From a virus (lineage: Duplodnaviria > Caudoviricetes), in IMG/VR virus record IMGVR_UViG_3300030330_002695, positions 1-36,570 of that record: a DNA stretch of 36,570 bases, one strand, 5' to 3'. Below the pieces are notes generated by a model, which ran no database searches, was not told where the DNA came from, and worked only from the letters and a program-made list of their open reading frames with translations. Each line of letters opens with the position of its first letter. Position 1 is the first letter of the stretch. A program made the translations under genes and the position numbers. Positions 1 through 5,077 of this stretch are shown here, piece after piece.

Positions 1-286
1 GGAGAGGAATCGAACCTCTCACCTCGTCAGGTAGAAACACTAGTAATTACTTACATTATCATGTCCATCTCAAGCTTCCAGTCTCAGTTAAGTGCAAGAT
101 AACTGCAATACACCTGATGTCGAGACTTATAAAACGAGGTCGGGCAGGTGTGGTTCTAGTATCAAGCTATAAATCAAAGCTTAAATAGCCATGTTAGCGT
201 ACATACTTTTTGCTTTATCCTGCCGTTTGTAACTTCGGAAAATTTTTCATTCACGCCAATGCGTTACATTACCACCCTCACCTCGT
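1..286 (-). ncRNA. putative structured non-coding RNA(s), ending in a tRNA-like T-arm, truncated at window edge
   Basis: No ORF in the track; visibly GC-richer than flanks. Complementary pairs on minus strand: GGCAGG/CCUGCC, AGUAU/AUACU, GCUAU/AUAGC, GUAAC/GUUAC, AGUCUC/GAGACU, ACCUCGU/ACGAGGU. Bases 20->2 read GAGAGG-UUCGAUU-CCUCUC. Confidence 0.55.
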
Positions 287-292
287 ATTTAA

Positions 293-646
293 CTAGCTAT
301 TGTCAGTAGTAGTTTCGTCTTCTACAACGTTGAATTTATCATTAATAGCATCCATAATATACTCTGATATACTATTAGTATCATGAAAATTTAACTGATA
401 TACACTAAGTTCAAGACCACTTAGTTCTAGTTCAAGGTCATAATCGCTTTCACTTAAACGGTCTAAAGCGCTTTCCATGTTATTATAAACACTATCTTCT
501 ATCTCTTCATATACAGATTGAGATATTTTAGGTTTATTTATATCTTCTAACTCATTTTTTTTAGCAGCTAAGTCTTTAGTTAGACTATCTACTTTTTCTT
601 GGAGACCTTTTACTGTAGCCTCTAACAGTTCTTTTGAATCACTCAT
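293..646 (-). CDS. hypothetical acidic protein with N-terminal coiled coil (117 aa)
   Basis: ORF track; ATG about 25 nt downstream of a repeat-motif copy. Confidence 0.8.
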   Translation of the reverse strand: MSDSKELLEATVKGLQEKVDSLTKDLAAKKNELEDINKPKISQSVYEEIEDSVYNNMESALDRLSESDYDLELELSGLELSVYQLNFHDTNSISEYIMDAINDKFNVVEDETTTDNS

Positions 647-671
647 TTTATTACATTTTTTATTACATTTA

Positions 672-702
672 TATTATCTAAATACATTCGTATTTATTTT
701 GT
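672..702 (-). promoter_or_regulatory. repeated early-type promoter motif, copy 1
   Basis: Minus strand ACAAAA-TAAATACGAA-N7-AGATAATA. Confidence 0.75.
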
Positions 703-843
703 GTCATCTTCGTAGAATGTAGCGTATATTTTTACACCATCTACGTTAGATATTAATCTTTTTTCTTTAACTTTTTGCTCTTTTAACTGGCTTTTGTCCA
801 TATATTTTGGATTCTTGCTGTTTAATTTTCTCTTTTTGCTCAT
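694..843 (-). CDS. small basic hypothetical protein (49 aa, MSKKRKLNSKNPKY...)
   Basis: Hand translation; stop lies inside the next promoter motif. Confidence 0.6.
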   Translation of the reverse strand: MSKKRKLNSKNPKYMDKSQLKEQKVKEKRLISNVDGVKIYATFYEDDTK

Positions 844-904
844 ATTTTTCTAAATTTTTTAATAATTTATCATTTTGACTTAATCTTCTCTTAAATAATC
901 TCAT
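767..904 (-). CDS. small basic hypothetical protein (45 aa, MRLFKRRLSQ...)
   Basis: Hand translation; ATGA overlap with upstream ORF, but overlaps 694-843 by 77 nt. Confidence 0.35.
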   Translation of the reverse strand: MRLFKRRLSQNDKLLKNLEKYEQKEKIKQQESKIYGQKPVKRAKS

Positions 905-1032
905 AATCTTTTTAATAAATCGTTTAATTCTTTAATCCACTCTTCATTATCTTCCCAATCGGAAAGTATTTCTACTAATTCGTTTATTGCTTCTATTATC
1001 AGCAATCTATCTTCTTTATTTAATTCTTTCAT
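901..1032 (-). CDS. small acidic helical protein (43 aa, MKELNKEDRLLII...)
   Basis: Hand translation; TAATG coupling with 1032-1568. Confidence 0.65.
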   Translation of the reverse strand: MKELNKEDRLLIIEAINELVEILSDWEDNEEWIKELNDLLKRL

Positions 1033-1568
1033 TATATTTTATATTTAAATCCATTAATGATTACTTCTACTTCTGGTTTTGAATTACTATCACCCCATCC
1101 TTTCGCATATTGCTCAGATTTATCTGCTTCATTTTTCCATTTAGGTATATACTCACCATTTACCACTTTATTAGCTCGTTTTATGTAATAGTTTTTAAGA
1201 CAATAGCTTATTAAGTATTCTAATCTATCTATTTCTATTGGTATTAGTACACACTCTTTAAGTGTATATTTTCTATAATCACCATTAGATAGTTTATAGT
1301 ATTTTGGTTCACCATCAACCCGTTTGTTTAATTGGTAATTACTATATCCACTATTTTGATTACGTACATAACCAGTTTTAAAACTAGCTACTTCAATAAA
1401 AGTTGCATTCTCTTGATTTCCTGGCCACTCGTTTTTGATAGGTAGTTTCCAAACTATTGTACCATTTTTCGCTTGTCTAGTTGTACTAATATCCATTATT
1501 CCTAGTAAATCCATTTGCTCTAGTACTTTAGCATATCTTGGGTCACTATTGTATTCTCTTCTATTCAT
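1032..1568 (-). CDS. hypothetical protein (178 aa)
   Basis: ORF track; tightly packed with neighbours. Confidence 0.8.
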   Translation of the reverse strand: MNRREYNSDPRYAKVLEQMDLLGIMDISTTRQAKNGTIVWKLPIKNEWPGNQENATFIEVASFKTGYVRNQNSGYSNYQLNKRVDGEPKYYKLSNGDYRKYTLKECVLIPIEIDRLEYLISYCLKNYYIKRANKVVNGEYIPKWKNEADKSEQYAKGWGDSNSKPEVEVIINGFKYKI

Positions 1569-1569
1569 A

Positions 1570-1665
1570 TTACCATCTTTTTTTGTTATTGTTGTAGATA
1601 TACATTAACATTAAGTAAATTGCATAAGCATATCCTACTACCATTATTATTGCTATTAATTCCAT
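1570..1665 (-). CDS. single-TM membrane peptide (31 aa, MELIAIIMVVGYAYAIYLMLMYIYNNNKKRW)
   Basis: Hand translation; hydrophobic run plus basic tail; fills the gap exactly. Confidence 0.6.
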   Translation of the reverse strand: MELIAIIMVVGYAYAIYLMLMYIYNNNKKRW

Positions 1666-1666
1666 A

Positions 1667-1816
1667 TTATTCTGATATATATGTGTAGCCTTTATAGTTA
1701 AACCACTCAAATATCTCTATACCGAAACTAGGTGGTAACTCGCATATCTTATATGGAGTATAGACTACACCGTTTAACATTATTTTATCTTCTTTTAAAA
1801 ATTTTATTCTATTCAT
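1667..1816 (-). CDS. small hypothetical protein (49 aa, MNRIKFLKEDKIMLNG...)
   Basis: Hand translation; fills gap between neighbours. Confidence 0.65.
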   Translation of the reverse strand: MNRIKFLKEDKIMLNGVVYTPYKICELPPSFGIEIFEWFNYKGYTYISE

Positions 1817-1823
1817 ATATATT

Positions 1824-2033
1824 TTATTTTAACATTGTGCCATAACCTCGGCGTTGAGTCAACTTAGCTATACGCGCAGCGTCACTGCTTGACATAATCT
1901 GGATAGAATTACCAGTTTTATGATTAATTAGTGGTGCACAGCCATACTGTTCAACAGTAGAACAACTAACACACACACTGTAGCCAAGATTAACTCGTTG
2001 CTCGGGTATTATATTTCCACATTTACAATTCAT
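1824..2033 (-). CDS. C4 zinc-finger protein, DksA/TraR-finger-like (69 aa)
   Basis: CKCGNIIPEQR...CVSC resembles the CxxCGxxIPxxR...CxxC finger of the TraR/DksA family. Confidence 0.65.
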   Translation of the reverse strand: MNCKCGNIIPEQRVNLGYSVCVSCSTVEQYGCAPLINHKTGNSIQIMSSSDAARIAKLTQRRGYGTMLK

Positions 2034-2043
2034 ATTTTATTTA

Positions 2044-2074
2044 TATTATCTGTAATGGTTCGTATTTATTTTGT
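2044..2074 (-). promoter_or_regulatory. repeated early-type promoter motif, copy 2
   Basis: ACAAAA-TAAATACGAA-N7-AGATAATA, about 10 nt before ATG at 2033. Confidence 0.75.
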
Positions 2075-2257
2075 AATTACTTGTGGGTTACCATGAACCA
2101 TCCACTCACAATTAGCTAAATTGTGACCTTCGTTAGTTAAAAACTCTTCATAATCTATTCTAGGTCTCATATTTTCCCATAAAGGCTCTACTTCATATTG
2201 AAATACTCTTCCTGCTTCAAAATCTAATACTGTTATATAGTTAAATTTATTCTTCAT
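2066..2257 (-). CDS. hypothetical protein (63 aa; start revised to MKNKFNY)
   Basis: ORF track 2066-2302; ATG at 2257 preferred because it overlaps the end of the upstream ORF. Confidence 0.7.
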   Translation of the reverse strand: MKNKFNYITVLDFEAGRVFQYEVEPLWENMRPRIDYEEFLTNEGHNLANCEWMVHGNPQVITK

Positions 2258-2393
2258 TTTTCTTATGTTTTTTCTTTCTGTTATACTTCTTTTTATTAAC
2301 AAACACGGAGGAGTGTGGTGGTCTCACACCTTGCTCGATATCTAATCGCCGTTTTACTCCTCTCTTTTGTTTGTTTGTTAATTTACTCTTCAC
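2247..2393 (-). CDS. basic 48-aa peptide with ArfA-like C-terminal motif
   Basis: GTG start; MKSKLTNKQKRGVKRRLDIEQGVRPPHSSVFVNKKKYNRKKKHKKNEE. Confidence 0.6.
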   Translation of the reverse strand: MKSKLTNKQKRGVKRRLDIEQGVRPPHSSVFVNKKKYNRKKKHKKNEE

Positions 2394-2451
2394 TTTTAAT
2401 CCATTTAATCATAGTTAATACTATTGCTATTAATATCACCCAACCTAACAC
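2383..2451 (-). CDS. 22-aa membrane peptide (MLGWVILIAIVLTMIKWIKSEE)
   Basis: GTG overlapping the upstream TAG; one hydrophobic helix. Confidence 0.45.
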   Translation of the reverse strand: MLGWVILIAIVLTMIKWIKSEE

Positions 2452-2579
2452 TATCTATTGCAATTTTTAGATGGCAATCCACCATCAATTGCACCTTGTC
2501 TTACAGCTGGTGTGTCATATACACTTGCGCAACTCGCTAACAGTGTAGCGATTGCAATAATTGCTAATAATTTTTTCAT
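2451..2579 (-). CDS. small lipoprotein 1 (42 aa)
   Basis: MKKLLAIIAIATLLASC-ASVYDTPAVRQGAIDGGLPSKNCNR; signal peptide with LASC lipobox. Confidence 0.8.
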   Translation of the reverse strand: MKKLLAIIAIATLLASCASVYDTPAVRQGAIDGGLPSKNCNR

Positions 2580-2592
2580 ATTTTTACTTTTT

Positions 2593-2778
2593 TTAATAAT
2601 TATCATTATACTTTTTTAACGTCGCTAAAAACTTATCGAACTGTTTGTAGTATAATTTTTTAGTTTCATTTTTTTGTAACTCACATTTACTACAGTTTAC
2701 TGTATCTATTTTACCTTCAAATAGAGCAATTGTTTCGCTCGTTAAATCAGTTTTACATATTTTACAATCTATTCTCAT
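2593..2778 (-). CDS. zinc-ribbon-like protein (61 aa)
   Basis: CKIC...CSKC. Confidence 0.7.
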   Translation of the reverse strand: MRIDCKICKTDLTSETIALFEGKIDTVNCSKCELQKNETKKLYYKQFDKFLATLKKYNDNY

Positions 2779-2782
2779 AATT

Positions 2783-3049
2783 TTAATCTAAATTTGGTTC
2801 TACATTATTTTCTTTATCTATTTCTATACACTCGGCAATAGCATTTGATAGTAAATTTTCTTCAGGTTCTACTTCATTTGACCATATTTCGTGTGCATGA
2901 GAAGCAATACTTTTATCATGAATTTTTAATTTATCTATATCATTCACATCAATATCACCTAAGTGATGCTCAATTCCATAACTATCGAATACACTTACAC
3001 TATAAACAGTGTTATTTATATATTTATCTATTACTATTTTTCTACTCAT
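2783..3049 (-). CDS. hypothetical acidic protein (88 aa)
   Basis: ORF track; follows a promoter-motif copy. Confidence 0.75.
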   Translation of the reverse strand: MSRKIVIDKYINNTVYSVSVFDSYGIEHHLGDIDVNDIDKLKIHDKSIASHAHEIWSNEVEPEENLLSNAIAECIEIDKENNVEPNLD

Positions 3050-3067
3050 ACTTTTATATCTTTATTA

Positions 3068-3098
3068 TATTATCTAACATTTATCGTATTTAGTTTGT
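3068..3098 (-). promoter_or_regulatory. repeated early-type promoter motif, copy 3
   Basis: ACAAAC-TAAATACGAT-N7-AGATAATA. Confidence 0.75.
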
Positions 3099-3105
3099 AA
3101 TACAC

Positions 3106-3264
3106 TTAGACTCCAAAAGCCAAGTGTATTAACGTTAGCGCCACTCCACCGAATATAATTCCAGTAAACGTAAACAATAAAGCGTAATTAACTAAATTTT
3201 CTACTACATTTAAGAACTTTCTTTTTGGAGTGTTCTCATACTCGTACATAAAATTTTTTTTCAT
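3106..3264 (-). CDS. membrane protein with C-terminal TM helix (52 aa, MKKNFMYEYENTPKRK...LAFGV)
   Basis: Hand translation. Confidence 0.65.
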   Translation of the reverse strand: MKKNFMYEYENTPKRKFLNVVENLVNYALLFTFTGIIFGGVALTLIHLAFGV

Positions 3265-3293
3265 ATTACTTTTTTTATTTAATTTATACTATA

Positions 3294-3410
3294 TTATCTT
3301 GAGCAGCTTTTCGCTGGTCTTCCGCCATCTACTCCAGGACAAGCGTAGTAATTAGTTCCACAACTTGCTAAAATGATAGCGACAAATGCTAATGCAAATA
3401 ATTTTTTCAT
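3294..3410 (-). CDS. small lipoprotein 2 (38 aa)
   Basis: MKKLFALAFVAIILASC-GTNYYACPGVDGGRPAKSCSR; LASC lipobox; paralogue of 2451-2579. Confidence 0.8.
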   Translation of the reverse strand: MKKLFALAFVAIILASCGTNYYACPGVDGGRPAKSCSR

Positions 3411-3447
3411 ATTTATTTATTTATTTAATTTATACTATTTTAATTGT

Positions 3448-3488
3448 AGTAGCGTGAGAATCGAACCCACCTATGCTCCAAGACTACT
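3448..3488 (-). ncRNA. 41-nt tRNA-like mini-structure (acceptor-like stem + T-arm, no anticodon arm)
   Basis: AGUAGU-CUUGGAGCAUAG-GUGGG-UUCGAUU-CUCAC-GCUACU. Confidence 0.6.
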
Positions 3489-3502
3489 TAGTTTTATTTA
3501 TA

Positions 3503-3595
3503 CTCGACACACACTATATACCAATTTGGTCCTACTACAGTGTACTCACGGTTGTCGTCGCCCACTTCGGCGAAGGTGAATCTTATAATATCGAG
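3503..3595 (-). ncRNA. unassigned multi-stem RNA motif, copy B
   Basis: Shares UAUAAG, GACAACCGU, UGUAG and GACCARAUUGGUAU with 4468-4549; stems differ in sequence but keep pairing. Confidence 0.75.
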
Positions 3596-3611
3596 GCGAA
3601 AAGTAGAGTTA

Positions 3612-3857
3612 TTAAACTAACTCCACTCCACGACATACTAACGGTATATTGTTAGTTGCAGTGTAACTTTTATACTTTTCCCAACATGGTAAAGTTTCAA
3701 GTTTTTCTTTCATAATTTCATACACTTTATCGTGATTATATGTTATTTCATCACCTTTTTTATTAGTGAATGTAATTATTACATTTTTACCGATTAATGA
3801 TTTTCTTACTACAAATCTTTTTGATTTTAAAGTTTTTTCTAATTTTTCTACTGACAT
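3612..3857 (-). CDS. hypothetical protein (81 aa)
   Basis: ORF track; follows a promoter-motif copy. Confidence 0.8.
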   Translation of the reverse strand: MSVEKLEKTLKSKRFVVRKSLIGKNVIITFTNKKGDEITYNHDKVYEIMKEKLETLPCWEKYKSYTATNNIPLVCRGVELV

Positions 3858-3905
3858 AATTTTCTTTTTTTATTTAATTATTAATTTATTTATTTATCTT
3901 TATTC

Positions 3906-3936
3906 TATTATCTATTTTATTTCGTATTTAGTTTGT
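3906..3936 (-). promoter_or_regulatory. repeated early-type promoter motif, copy 4
   Basis: ACAAAC-TAAATACGAA-N7-AGATAATA. Confidence 0.75.
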
Positions 3937-3989
3937 GTAAAAGTATATATTTTATTTATATGATATTTTTATACAGGTGGTACTCCACT

Positions 3990-4240
3990 GTGACTCTTTG
4001 TCACTGACATTTTGTCATATTAAATTTTATATTTATTATTCATTTTTTAGTTTTATTACAATTATATTATCTATTCTTATTCGTATTAAGTTTGTGATTA
4101 TAATTATGACATATTGACATGACATTATGACATAGAAAGTATGACGTAGGTTGGAGTATGATCTTTCGACGCTATTTCAAAGTCAGACCATAGTGTGACA
4201 TAAGCCTATTAAGAGGTATTAGTAACAGGCTATTGTCACA
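3990..4240. repeat. cluster of TGACA/TGTCA direct and inverted repeats
   Basis: GTGAC-N5-GTCAC 3990-4004; TGACA-N3-TGTCA 4005-4017; TGACA at 4107, 4115, 4120, 4128; TGTGACA 4194 / TGTCACA 4234. Confidence 0.6.
4065..4095 (-). promoter_or_regulatory. repeated early-type promoter motif, copy 5
   Basis: ACAAAC-TTAATACGAA-N7-AGATAATA. Confidence 0.7.
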
Positions 4241-4243
4241 GTT

Positions 4244-4396
4244 TTATAATATATTCAGAATCTGCGAATTTCTTTTATATAGATTTCTAGTAGGTAGAAT
4301 CATTGATAATTCGAAGAATTCATCTATTGTTATTATTCCAGCTACTGCTGCGTCATAATAATGTTGGATATTTCTTCCAGTTAATTTATTTTTCAT
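4244..4396 (-). CDS. small hypothetical protein (50 aa, MKNKLTGRNIQHYYDAA...)
   Basis: Hand translation; follows promoter-motif copy 6. Confidence 0.6.
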   Translation of the reverse strand: MKNKLTGRNIQHYYDAAVAGIITIDEFFELSMILPTRNLYKRNSQILNIL

Positions 4397-4430
4397 ATTT
4401 AATTATTATTTATTAGTTATTAGTTATTTA

Positions 4431-4461
4431 TATTATCTACTATAATTCGTATTTAGTCGGT
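4431..4461 (-). promoter_or_regulatory. repeated early-type promoter motif, copy 6
   Basis: ACCGAC-TAAATACGAA-N7-AGATAATA. Confidence 0.75.
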
Positions 4462-4467
4462 AATTCT

Positions 4468-4549
4468 GGTTGGAGATGCATACCAATCTGGTCACACTAC
4501 ATCTCGTCTACGGTTGTCACTACATTGTAGAGGTAGACCTTATACAACC
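4468..4549 (-). ncRNA. unassigned multi-stem RNA motif, copy A (outer stem may extend 4454-4560)
   Basis: P1 GGUUG/CAACC, P2 GUCUAC/GUAGAC, P4 GAGAUGUA/UGCAUCUC; homologous to 3503-3595. Confidence 0.75.
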
Positions 4550-4557
4550 CGCTACGA

Positions 4558-4653
4558 CTAGTCTATCAATTCATTCACAATTAAGAATGTGATAATGATT
4601 GGTGAGAACAGTACACACATTGAGATTTGATAGATGTTAATTAGTTTATTCAT
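4558..4653 (-). CDS. 31-aa membrane peptide (MNKLINIYQISMCVLFSPIIITFLIVNELID)
   Basis: Hand translation; first ORF after promoter-motif copy 7. Confidence 0.55.
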   Translation of the reverse strand: MNKLINIYQISMCVLFSPIIITFLIVNELID

Positions 4654-4680
4654 AATAGTATTTATTTGTTTATACATATA

Positions 4681-4711
4681 TATTATCTATTTTGTTTCGT
4701 ATAAGGTTGGT
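4681..4711 (-). promoter_or_regulatory. repeated early-type promoter motif, copy 7
   Basis: ACCAAC-CTTATACGAA-N7-AGATAATA. Confidence 0.7.
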
Positions 4712-4848
4712 ATAAAAAACGTCAAACATTTGGACGGAAAAATATTAGTTAGTTAGTTTGTACGCAAAATAAAATTAGTATTAGCCAAAAGTTATGTGGG
4801 TAAAACGGAAATGAGGGTGGGGCCCGGTTTGTAGATTTTAGTTTTGTA

Positions 4849-4876
4849 GGGGGAGGCAGGGGGAGGGGGAGGGGGG
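4849..4876 (+). other. G-quadruplex-forming motif at the strand-divergence point
   Basis: G5-AGGCA-G5-A-G5-A-G6. Confidence 0.65.
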
Positions 4877-5077
4877 CTACCCTTAACTCCTATATTTGTA
4901 ATACTTTTAAAAATGTACAGGTACCTCTATATAAGAGTACCTAAGGATATTAGTTCCTAATATCTAGGATAGGATATAGGTTATAGGGATAAGAGTAACT
5001 GGCTAATGTCACATTTGTAAAAATCCACTTTTCCATGTAATCATATAGATTATAGTACTAATTCAAAAAAACATATC

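Noticed and set aside
1-31. Hammerhead core CUGACGA followed by a stem, or a complete tRNA/tmRNA call
   Set aside because: The GAAA half and any acceptor end would lie outside the window; no D or anticodon arm and no tag frame could be identified.
2307-2363. GAGGAGU/ACUCCUC multi-stem candidate ncRNA
   Set aside because: Lies within the 48-aa ArfA-like ORF, which explains its GC content; single copy with no covariation evidence.
3292-3322. Possible additional promoter copy (AGATAATA)
   Set aside because: The TACGAA half is missing at the fixed spacing; it coincides with the lipoprotein stop codon.
2845-3963. Plus-strand ORFs 2845-3093, 3373-3579, 3473-3655, 3766-3963
   Set aside because: Antisense to better-supported minus-strand genes, promoters and RNA elements; low-complexity I/Y/F/L composition.
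672-4711. CRISPR array or integron attC interpretation of the repeats
   Set aside because: Spacing is irregular (about 160-1370 nt), the repeats are non-palindromic with a variable core, and no cas or integrase gene is present.
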